A DNA stretch of 64,000 nucleotides from IMG/VR virus record IMGVR_UViG_3300016657_000022, positions 1-64,000 of that record, one strand, 5' to 3'. Shown piece after piece: positions 33,272 to 41,363 of the stretch. Under the pieces are notes generated by a model. The model saw nothing but the letters and a program-made list of their open reading frames with translations, was not told where the DNA came from and did no database searches. Position 1 is the stretch's first letter. The number at the start of each line of letters is the position of its first letter. The translations under genes were made by a program, and so were the position numbers. Source of the DNA: a virus. Taxonomy: Duplodnaviria > Caudoviricetes.

Positions 33272-33448
33272 TCAAACAGTCCTTTCAAAGTTGGACTCGA
33301 CTCGGACCATGAAGGCACCGAGGAGTGAGATGAACAGGAACAAGACCGCGAGAAACTCTCGGCCATTGTCCTTCAGAGGGATGATGTAGCAACAGATCAT
33401 GAGGCCCATGGCCAGCATGAGCGGCATGAGCCACAAGAGATGTCGCAT
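33272..33448 (-). CDS. 58-aa two-TM membrane protein
   Basis: TAGGA RBS; MRHLLWLMPLMLAMGLMICCYIIPLKDNGREFLAVLFLFISLLGAFMVR... Confidence 0.6.
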   Translation of the reverse strand: MRHLLWLMPLMLAMGLMICCYIIPLKDNGREFLAVLFLFISLLGAFMVRVESNFERTV

Positions 33449-33539
33449 CTAGTAATCCTAGCTATAAGTTGGTGGTAGGTATATCTATCGGATGTTTAGG
33501 GTGGGACCAGCCACGAATGACTGGTCCCTGACATTTCGG

Positions 33540-33854
33540 TTAGCCGAAGATGTCGTCAGGCAGATACTCAGTAGCCTGAGTGTACAGCTCTTTGTTCTGT
33601 GCGGACTCGTTAACGAAGTCCAATACCTCAGCATTGCTGCGAGCTACTTCCATACGGCTATCCCGCAGGAGCTGATCGCGGAAGGTCTTCCGATGAATGA
33701 TCTGACGATCCTTCTGGTCGATCATTGCGCTTTCAACGAAGCGGTTGCCGATGGTAACAGCGTCACTCACCGTCTTGACGACGTTGGTAACAGTGGATGC
33801 AGTCTCGGTAACAGTGCCAAGAACAGCAGAGAGAGTCATACGAGCAGAGGTCAT
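33540..33854 (-). CDS. N4 gp1-like first early protein
   Basis: ATG 33854 with AGGA RBS; MTSARMTLSAVLGTVTETASTVT...TIGNRFVESA; first gene after the vRNAP promoter. Confidence 0.8.
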   Translation of the reverse strand: MTSARMTLSAVLGTVTETASTVTNVVKTVSDAVTIGNRFVESAMIDQKDRQIIHRKTFRDQLLRDSRMEVARSNAEVLDFVNESAQNKELYTQATEYLPDDIFG

Positions 33855-33897
33855 GAGTATGTGTCCTATGATGGATGTGGTGCATGATTGCACACGA

Positions 33898-33919
33898 TCC
33901 AAACCACGCGGAGCGTGGT
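33898..33919 (-). promoter_or_regulatory. Virion RNAP hairpin promoter (template on + strand, transcribing leftward)
   Basis: + strand TCC-AA-ACCACGC-GGA-GCGTGGT; same C-GNA-G hairpin and 9-nt TCC-to-loop spacing as the N4 P2 template TCCAAAAGAAGCGGAGCTTC (recalled). Confidence 0.85.
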
Positions 33920-34100
33920 ATTAATGGGGGCACCCCATGTATTATGTATTAAGCAAGTACCGGGGGGTACTTGGTATTACAAAGGGGTGGACCCCCACCC
34001 CCTACCCCCAGACACACCATGAAAATCCGCCTATAGGCTCCCCCAAAATATATATATAATATGGGGGTCTATATACGCAGGTATGTTGGGGGTTACCTAT
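33920..34100. repeat. Dense cluster of short palindromes and AT tract; probable genome terminus/origin region
   Basis: ATGGGG-GCA-CCCCAT, AAGTACC-GGGG-GGTACTT, GGGGTGG-ACCC-CCACCCC, CCCCCA-(AT-rich)-TGGGGG; lies at the strand switch. Confidence 0.55.
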
Positions 34101-34108
34101 CGTGCATG

Positions 34109-34142
34109 AAAAAACCCCCGGAGCGTTAGCTCAACGGGGGTT
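34109..34142 (-). terminator. Leftward intrinsic terminator in the terminal region
   Basis: Minus strand ACCCCCG...CGGGGGT-TTTTT. Confidence 0.75.
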
Positions 34143-34361
34143 CTCTCGATGGGTTTGCGGCCCTCTTCATTTAACGTCTGATAGACGGGTAGATCAGTCA
34201 CCGCTGCTGAGCAGCCCCCGAATACAGGTCGCTAAACCCTTAACCGGAGAGGAGTTCGGACCTCTACCTGTGGCAGTTATATGCCCCACTAACCACTGGG
34301 GTCAGGCACGCTCTCGCATACCACCGACTGAGCAAAATCACGAAACTCTGGTCGGCCTGAC
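34109..34361 (-). ncRNA. Candidate ~250-nt small RNA
   Basis: TTGCAT-N17-TATCAC upstream, five stems, ends in the terminator above. Confidence 0.35.
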
Positions 34362-34594
34362 TGTGATATGTTGGTGAGGGAATTTATGCAAGAGGGATTT
34401 TCTTCTCTCCTCTTGGTTCAATAGGGAGGGGCGTTAGCCCTGACCGTTGGACAGCCTCCTCCGTTTCCTTCCTTCATATAATTAAAGGGGATCCGTGCTG
34501 GGCACCGTGTGTAACAGGATGGTCCGTCCCGTATTGTCAGATGGCTATATATGACCTAAAAGGGTGTGGCACAATGTGGTAAAGGAGCAACACT

Positions 34595-34921
34595 GTGACG
34601 ATCAAGGATGAGAATGAGCATCTCAATCTGCTGACTGCATATCGGTCGGGGCAGGTATCGGAAGCCCAGTGGGTACAGCATCTGGCTGACCCTGAGTTCA
34701 AGGCTTTCGTGGAGAAGCAGACGGCTACCTCTTCGCAGCCCTTCGGTGTCCAGCCTGAGCAGCACGCATATATCTTGGAAGGGATCAACGATCTCCGGTG
34801 CCGGGTGAACGCACTTCCGAATAGTCGGGAGAAGAGCACCATGCTAACCAAGCTCGACGAGCTGCGTCACTGGAATGAGGATGATCGTCTTCGTTCCCAC
34901 TTCGAGGCAGGAGGACATTGA
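34595..34921 (+). CDS. Hypothetical protein with possible Acb2/Tad1-like hairpin domain
   Basis: AAGGAG RBS, GTG start; LRCRVNALPNSREKSTMLTKLDELRHW. Confidence 0.6.
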   Translation: MTIKDENEHLNLLTAYRSGQVSEAQWVQHLADPEFKAFVEKQTATSSQPFGVQPEQHAYILEGINDLRCRVNALPNSREKSTMLTKLDELRHWNEDDRLRSHFEAGGH

Positions 34922-35148
34922 GCCTCTACCAAGATACCCGGCTTCAGGATCTGGCGAAGATCGCCGCTGAAGGTGCCGGGAAGAATGCCGGGGTAGCTCC
35001 TCAGCTCCTCTTTGCCGACATCATGTTCATGTTGGTCGATGCCGTGGAGGACGGCAGGTTGCTCCTCCCTCCGAACCAGACCCCCAAGATGACTTGGGAT
35101 GAGGTCTGGAAACACTTTGACGACAAGCGTGTCGAGAACCGGGGTTAA
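34918..35148 (+). CDS. Small hypothetical protein
   Basis: GGAGG RBS, coupled start, 76 aa. Confidence 0.6.
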   Translation: MSLYQDTRLQDLAKIAAEGAGKNAGVAPQLLFADIMFMLVDAVEDGRLLLPPNQTPKMTWDEVWKHFDDKRVENRG

Positions 35149-35177
35149 GAGTTACCCCCAACTTAATGAGGTAAAAA

Positions 35178-35927
35178 ATGAACGCTGTGACTGAAGACGA
35201 GCTGATCGAGCGTAGCCTCTATCCGCGAGTGACCTTCGACCAGCTTCAGGCCAACATCGTCGGCAAGAAGTTCATCCAGCATGACCTGCTGACCATCTGT
35301 GTCCTGACGCTGGCCAATGGCTTCACCGTTCTGGGGCAGTCGGCCTGTGCTGTGCCGGGCAACTTCAAGCTGGATGTCGGCCAGCGTCTGGCTGAGCAGG
35401 ATGCCCAGAACAAGATCTGGGCACTGATGGGCTATGAGCTGAAGACCAAGGTGGCTCTCGCCATGAAGGCGACTGGTCCGAGCAATCCCGAGCAGACCAC
35501 CTTCGTCGGCACCAAGGCAGTCCATGCCCAGCCGATGGATCGGGCGTCGTACAACTATCTCCGTGGCTGGGCACTGCCTGCCGACGAGAATGGTGAGGAT
35601 GAGGGCTATCTGGTCGAGTATCCCGATCAGCCCGCCAACACTCTCATCTATCGGGGCTACGTGAGTTGGTCCCCGAAGGACGTGTTCGAGTCGGCCTATG
35701 AGAAAATCGACCTCAAGGGCGAAGGCTCTGTCGGCGGTATGACGTGGGAAGCCCGTCTGGAGATCGAGGCGACCGAACTCAAGGAGCGGATCGACAAACT
35801 GCAAGCCTTCATGGAAGGCGACCTGTTCACGTCGATCCCGAAGAGTGCCCGTTCGGTTCTGGCCGACCAGAAGCAGGTGATGGACACCTACTACTCCATC
35901 CTCTCCCTCCGATTGCTCGGAGCATAA
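35178..35927 (+). CDS. Three-module phage protein (Gp49-like + GTK...WSPK..FE..Y module + crAss001_48-like helix pair)
   Basis: LTICVLTLANGFTVLGQSAC...NKIWALMGY; FVGTKAVHAQPM...YVSWSPKDVFESAY; ELKERIDKLQAF...QKQVMDTYYSIL. Confidence 0.8.
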   Translation: MNAVTEDELIERSLYPRVTFDQLQANIVGKKFIQHDLLTICVLTLANGFTVLGQSACAVPGNFKLDVGQRLAEQDAQNKIWALMGYELKTKVALAMKATGPSNPEQTTFVGTKAVHAQPMDRASYNYLRGWALPADENGEDEGYLVEYPDQPANTLIYRGYVSWSPKDVFESAYEKIDLKGEGSVGGMTWEARLEIEATELKERIDKLQAFMEGDLFTSIPKSARSVLADQKQVMDTYYSILSLRLLGA

Positions 35928-35929
35928 GG

Positions 35930-36140
35930 ACGAGTCCGGGCCGAAGCCCCGCGAAGACGTGAGCGCCAGCGAACGGCGAGCAAGGGGCGAGGGGCACGGG
36001 CGAAGTCCGCATATAAGTTGGGGAGAGTATCGGGCGACCAACCCACTCTCCCCAACCACACTCTTTCGAGAGACAGGAAAACCCAGAAACCTGTCTTGGA
36101 ACCAGTGAGGCAAACAGCCTCGGACCACAACGCTAATTAT
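35930..36140. other. Highly structured noncoding interval upstream of the gp69-like gene
   Basis: 12-bp stem 36017-28/36045-56, GGGC-CGAA-GCCC, CTCT-TTCG-AGAG, GACAGG/CCTGTC. Confidence 0.45.
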
Positions 36141-36150
36141 CGAGGGTCGC

Positions 36151-36852
36151 GTGAACGCCATTACACTCATGACGCGGGCAGACATTGAGAAGGCTCTTCC
36201 AGCCAACCTCAAGTCGTCGGCAACTCAGGCCCTGACCGACGCGATCAACCAGATCACCACGGATCCGGTGCTGGCTGAGCATATCCGCGAGAACTTCATC
36301 ACCTACACCCATGTTCTTCAGGAAGGGAAGTGGAGTGCTGAGCAGTACGCGAATGCCGTTACCTATGTGACGCACAAGCTCATGGGCCGGACGAACCAAG
36401 ACGCATATGCTCTTACGTTCCCGGATCGTATGAATGAGCTGGTTGCTCGTGGCACCACGTCCAAGGACATCAGCGCCTACGTTGCCGCTTACCACAAAGG
36501 TAAGTTGGTGAACGCGATCATGGAGAAGTGCCTGATCCCGGTCCATGTCCAATATGTGGACGTGTACCACAAGGCGATCTCGGTACAGCTAGATCTGATG
36601 CAGAACAGTCAGAGCGACAAGGTTCGACAGGACGCAGCCAACTCGATCCTCACCCATCTGGCCAAGCCGAAGGAGCAGGCTCCGACCGTGGCCGTTCAGG
36701 TGAACGTCAACTCCGAACTCGATGCCATGAAGAAGATGATGGGCAACTTGGCCCAAGCCCAACTTGATGCTATCGACGGTGGGATGACAGCAAAGGATCT
36801 GGCGGGGCAGGTTCTGATCGAACAAGAGACCAAGACTGATGACGCTGATTAA
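36151..36852 (+). CDS. N4 gp69-like protein (probable terminase small subunit)
   Basis: KALPANLKSS...RENFITY...YVTHKLMG..NQDAY..TFPDR...YVAAYHKGKLVNAI...DAANSILTHL; precedes TerL. Confidence 0.8.
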   Translation: MNAITLMTRADIEKALPANLKSSATQALTDAINQITTDPVLAEHIRENFITYTHVLQEGKWSAEQYANAVTYVTHKLMGRTNQDAYALTFPDRMNELVARGTTSKDISAYVAAYHKGKLVNAIMEKCLIPVHVQYVDVYHKAISVQLDLMQNSQSDKVRQDAANSILTHLAKPKEQAPTVAVQVNVNSELDAMKKMMGNLAQAQLDAIDGGMTAKDLAGQVLIEQETKTDDAD

Positions 36853-38431
36853 GCAGGATCTCGATGAATGGCTGGATCAGGTGGACTACTCCCACCTGAA
36901 CAGCACGGAGTTCAAGCCGTCTGGCTTCTCGCTCCAGTTCATGAACTTCATCAAGATGGTCAACGGATCTGAGGGGGAGTCCCATAAGACTCCCCCCGTG
37001 CATCTGGCCATGCTCGACAAGATCACCGAGCCGACATCCTACATCGCCAACCTGTGCTTTCGTGGGGCCGCAAAGACCACGCTGTTCGCGGAATACTTCT
37101 TCCCGTTCGTCGCGATGATGGGTGAACTCCCCAACTTCGGGGAAGTTTCCGGTGCCATCTACGTGTCCGACTCGATGGACAACGGCGTCAAGAGCCTGCG
37201 ACGGAACATGGAGTTCCGTTACAACAACAGCCCGTTCCTTCAGAAGTGGCTGCCCAAGGCGACCTTCACGGACGCCTATATCGAGTTCGAGAACATCGCT
37301 GGCCACAAGTTCGGCCTCAAGATGTTCGGTGCGAAGACCGGCCTGCGTGGTACGAAGATCTTCGGTAAGCGACCCACCCTCTGCGTGCTGGATGACCTTG
37401 TGTCTGATGACGATAGCAAGTCGCAGGCCAGCATGATCGCGATCAAGGATACGGTCTACAAGGGCGTGAACCACGCTCTCGATCCGACGAAGCGGAAGGT
37501 CATCTTCAACGGCACGCCGTTCAACAAGGATGACATTCTCATCGAGGCGGTCGAAAGCGGCGCTTGGGACGTGAACGTCTGGCCCGTATGTGAGCGGTTC
37601 CCCTGTGAACGCGATGAGTTCTGTGGAGCATGGGAGGATCGCTTCTCCTTCGACTATGTGCAGGCCCAGTATGACATGGCCGTCAAAACAGGCAAGCTCT
37701 CTGCGTTCATGCAGGAGCTGATGCTTCGCATTACGTCTGAAGAAGAGCGTCTCGTTCAGGACGATGAGATCCGTTGGTATCCTCGTATGAACCTTCTGGT
37801 GAACCGAGGCACATACAACTTTTATATCACCACGGATTTTGCTACATCGTCTAAGCAGACTGCCGACTACTCGGTCATCAGTGTCTGGGCGTACAACGCC
37901 AATGGAGACTGGTTCTGGGTGGATGGCATTGCCGAGCGCCAGACCATGGACAAGACGGTGGATGATCTCTTCCGCTTGGTTCAGTTCTACAAGCCTCAGC
38001 GGGTGGGCATCGAGATCACTGGCCAGCAGGGGGGTTTCATCCCTTGGCTTCAGACCGAGATGCAGAACCGCAATGTGTGGTTCAACTTCGCCACATCCAA
38101 TCCGAAGAGCAATACGCCCGGCATCCGACCTACGGTGGACAAGCTGAGCCGCTTCAATGTCGTCGTTCCTTGGTTCAAGATGGGCAAGATCTACTGGCCC
38201 AAGGAGATGGAACGCACGGTCATTATGGGCATGTTCATCGGGCAGATCCGCCTCGCCACGGTCTCTGGGATCAAAGGCAAGGATGACTGTTTGGATACGG
38301 TGTCGATGCTCCAATACATGAACCCATGGAAGCCTTCCGAGTCGGCCCCGGCGACACCGCATGAGATCGACATCTGGGAAGAGCAGCAGGCACAGGAACA
38401 GGTCTCGGGCCTGAACTCCTATATCGTGTGA
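36839..38431 (+). CDS. Terminase large subunit
   Basis: CFRGAAKTT, VLDDL, NGTPFNKDD, TTDFATS, VGIEITGQQ, DDCLDTVSML. Confidence 0.95.
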   Translation: MTLIKQDLDEWLDQVDYSHLNSTEFKPSGFSLQFMNFIKMVNGSEGESHKTPPVHLAMLDKITEPTSYIANLCFRGAAKTTLFAEYFFPFVAMMGELPNFGEVSGAIYVSDSMDNGVKSLRRNMEFRYNNSPFLQKWLPKATFTDAYIEFENIAGHKFGLKMFGAKTGLRGTKIFGKRPTLCVLDDLVSDDDSKSQASMIAIKDTVYKGVNHALDPTKRKVIFNGTPFNKDDILIEAVESGAWDVNVWPVCERFPCERDEFCGAWEDRFSFDYVQAQYDMAVKTGKLSAFMQELMLRITSEEERLVQDDEIRWYPRMNLLVNRGTYNFYITTDFATSSKQTADYSVISVWAYNANGDWFWVDGIAERQTMDKTVDDLFRLVQFYKPQRVGIEITGQQGGFIPWLQTEMQNRNVWFNFATSNPKSNTPGIRPTVDKLSRFNVVVPWFKMGKIYWPKEMERTVIMGMFIGQIRLATVSGIKGKDDCLDTVSMLQYMNPWKPSESAPATPHEIDIWEEQQAQEQVSGLNSYIV

Positions 38432-38437
38432 GGTGGT

Positions 38438-39139
38438 ATGAAGCTGGACGATCTCTTCAGTACCTTGGCTCTCGGCGAACTCAGCAACCTCTCCATCGCT
38501 GAGGGAGGCGTGCTGGCAGATGCCGCCAAGCCGAAGGTACGCAATGCGATCAACAAGGCGATGATGAAGCTCTATACGAAGTTCATCGTCTCCAAGAATG
38601 ATCTCATCATCGACATGCAGATGGGAGTGACCAACTACCATCTGCTCTCGAAATATGCCTACAGCTCGGCTGATCCTGAATTGGACCGGGAGCCGTATAT
38701 CCGGGATTTCCTTGGTGAGCCTTTCAAAGAGGATGTCATCAAGATCCTTGAGGTCTACGCCGATAACGGTCAGCGGCTTCCGCTGAATGATGCGAACCAG
38801 CCGATGTCGGTCTTCACACCGCAATACAATGTGCTGCATGTGCCGAAGTCGGATGGGCGTCATTCACTCAGTCTGATCTACCAAGCAGCCCCTTGGCCGG
38901 TCACTCAGGAGACCTCCGGGGACACTGAACTGATCGTCCCCGATGTGTTGGAGGAGGCTCTCTGCTCCTACATCGGCTACTTGATGCACACTGACATGGG
39001 CACCCAAGAGTCGATCAATAAGGGTCAGACCCTACTCGCCCGGTACAATGACGGCGTTGATACGGCGACATTGCAGGATCTCGTGAATACGAGTATCTCC
39101 ACTACTGATGAAAAATTCCACATGCGAGGTTTCGCCTGA
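38438..39139 (+). CDS. N4 gp67-like virion protein
   Basis: LALGELSNL...LYTKF...FTPQYNVL...EALCSYIG...TDEKFHMRGFA. Confidence 0.8.
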   Translation: MKLDDLFSTLALGELSNLSIAEGGVLADAAKPKVRNAINKAMMKLYTKFIVSKNDLIIDMQMGVTNYHLLSKYAYSSADPELDREPYIRDFLGEPFKEDVIKILEVYADNGQRLPLNDANQPMSVFTPQYNVLHVPKSDGRHSLSLIYQAAPWPVTQETSGDTELIVPDVLEEALCSYIGYLMHTDMGTQESINKGQTLLARYNDGVDTATLQDLVNTSISTTDEKFHMRGFA

Positions 39140-41325
39140 TGCGTGCTCCCTTTGATCCTTACGGTGCGGCCAGCCCCGCCATCGACCAGCAGCTCGGCGA
39201 TGCCTTTCAGGTGGTCCGCTTCGTTGCCCGACACATTCCTGAGATCGCTTCGGTGGCCTACCACATGGAAGGTCTCTACAAGCTGGTGTCGGCTGGCGGC
39301 AAGGCCAACGCTGATCTTCTCGGCCTGCCCCCGGAGGCGCTGAACCTCGGTGAGATGGAAGGCTCGATCATCCCGGATGACTCGACCGTCTATGCTGCCC
39401 TCCAGATCATCGCTACCTTCGTCGAGAACCTGAAGGAGCAGACTGACAATCTGCTGTCTGATATGGGTAATTTCGTCGGAACCACCATTCCCGATCAAGT
39501 CAGTCTGCATGATGCCCTTCAGGCTCTGGAGACGGCTATCGAGCGTGTGTTCTCCGAAGCCCCCGTGCTCTCTACGCAAGAACAGGCCGAGGAAGGCACG
39601 GACAATACGACCGTAATGTCGCCTCTTCGGACGGCTCAGGCTATTGCCGCACAGACCGAGAGCAAGTTCGATGACATCGACGACTCTCTGGCTGCCCGTC
39701 CCACGGCGGCGGCTCTTGCTCTTGCCGGTGGTGCTGCGACCATTGGAACCTCGACGGGTGAGACTGTTGAGGCCTCCTTGGCTCGGCTGTCCTCGCTGAA
39801 GATCATCAGCCTTTTCCAGTTCATGACGGAAGAGGAGATCCTTGATGTCACGAGCGGCACCCCGACGCTGGATGTCGCTCACGCATTTCAGGCTCTCGTT
39901 GACTACTGCTTCGAGAACAAGTCGGTTGCCTACATCCCCGATGTGAATGCCCTTCTGGGTTCGCAGATTGTCTCAAAGGTCAGCGTCAGCATCTTGTGCC
40001 ATCCCTATGGCCTGTTGAAGTGGACCAGCCTGTCTTCGTGCGGCTGGAAGGTTACTGGTCAGGGCACCGGAACCCGCCCGGGATACGCTTCCATCGAACT
40101 GCCCCAGCTTCTGGGTCCGAACGACTATTCGGCCTATTACACCAACAAGGTGTATAGTGTCGCTGGCTGTTCCTTCACCGGCAGCATCTCGGGCACGACC
40201 CTGACGGTATCGGCTATCTCTGGTGGCCGGATCGGGGTCGGTTCTCCTGTTACTGGTTCCGGTGTTGCTGCTGGAACCAAGATCACGGGGGTTGGCTCGG
40301 GTAACGGCAACACGGGCACCTATGCGGTGAACGTGAACCAGAACGTGGCATCGACTGCGATGAATGCGGCTGCCTTCACCGGCATCGCTCTGCACATCGA
40401 AGACTGCATCTGGACGAATGTGCGTGTTCAGCAGATCACCGGCTGGGGTGCTGGTGTGAAGATGTCGAACACGAACATTCCCACGGATAACAACCACTTC
40501 GTCATCGGCACGACCGACATCTGCTTCTACGGGCTTCTCATTGAATGCCCGTCTGGTGCGACGAGTGCGGTTGGGCAGTCTCGCTTCGATACGATGAACA
40601 TCTTCGCTTACTACCCCATCTACATCCGTGCTGCTTCCGGCACGGGTGGCGTCTTCGAGTGCGAGATCAACGCCTTGGGCATGGGTGTCTCCGAGGAAGG
40701 TGGCTCCTGCGTCTATTTCGAGGGGCCGGGCAACATCTCGGATATGCGGATCAAGGGTAAGGCGTTCAATGGGTACACCCCCAACGATAGCCCCGCCTCC
40801 ACTCCGACGACCATGCGAGGCCGTCTCGTGACCGGCAATTATGGCAGCACGGATGGTTATGCCAACGGCTCCCGTAACTATTTCGATCTGCATATTGCAG
40901 AATACCTGCCGGTTGCTGGGAACCCCATTGCGATCAAGGTTCGGGGACCGGGCAGCAAGGCCAACATCATGGCCCCCAGCTCTCGGGTGGACAACCCGTA
41001 CACCTCGAATGCTCTGTCCACGACGGCTGGTGAGGCTAACTATAACGGCGGTGTGGGTGGTGCTGCTATCCATCCGATCACCCGCGTCAGTTGCTCTCTG
41101 GCTTCTCTGGATCCGGGTGCTGTGGTCGATTTCTATTTCTATCACCAGCGCCTGAACCCGGATAACATCGAAGCCTTTGAGGTCATCCAGAATGATAACA
41201 TCAGTCCTCTGATGATCTTCACCCAGAACGATGCACCGACGACCGAGCGTCAGGGTCGCATTCGCATCATGAACCCCACTGCCTCGGCACAGGTGGTGGG
41301 TCTCAATCTCTGGGTCAAAGTGTAA
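39139..41325 (+). CDS. Tail spike/fibre with probable beta-helix (depolymerase-like) body
   Basis: 728 aa; N4 gp66-like N-terminus; AFQALVDYC and repetitive Gly/Asn/Thr beta-strand pattern. Confidence 0.75.
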   Translation: MRAPFDPYGAASPAIDQQLGDAFQVVRFVARHIPEIASVAYHMEGLYKLVSAGGKANADLLGLPPEALNLGEMEGSIIPDDSTVYAALQIIATFVENLKEQTDNLLSDMGNFVGTTIPDQVSLHDALQALETAIERVFSEAPVLSTQEQAEEGTDNTTVMSPLRTAQAIAAQTESKFDDIDDSLAARPTAAALALAGGAATIGTSTGETVEASLARLSSLKIISLFQFMTEEEILDVTSGTPTLDVAHAFQALVDYCFENKSVAYIPDVNALLGSQIVSKVSVSILCHPYGLLKWTSLSSCGWKVTGQGTGTRPGYASIELPQLLGPNDYSAYYTNKVYSVAGCSFTGSISGTTLTVSAISGGRIGVGSPVTGSGVAAGTKITGVGSGNGNTGTYAVNVNQNVASTAMNAAAFTGIALHIEDCIWTNVRVQQITGWGAGVKMSNTNIPTDNNHFVIGTTDICFYGLLIECPSGATSAVGQSRFDTMNIFAYYPIYIRAASGTGGVFECEINALGMGVSEEGGSCVYFEGPGNISDMRIKGKAFNGYTPNDSPASTPTTMRGRLVTGNYGSTDGYANGSRNYFDLHIAEYLPVAGNPIAIKVRGPGSKANIMAPSSRVDNPYTSNALSTTAGEANYNGGVGGAAIHPITRVSCSLASLDPGAVVDFYFYHQRLNPDNIEAFEVIQNDNISPLMIFTQNDAPTTERQGRIRIMNPTASAQVVGLNLWVKV

Positions 41326-41363
41326 CTGATCGTCGAACTACATTATTTGAGGTACTAGCTATC

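Noticed and set aside
33900-34560. CRISPR mini-array or tandem repeat
   Set aside because: Only unrelated palindromes; no repeat-spacer periodicity here or in other intergenic gaps
34536-34564. Sigma70-like late promoter TTGTCA-N17-TAAAAG
   Set aside because: Plausible position, but the match is too weak to call without TSS data
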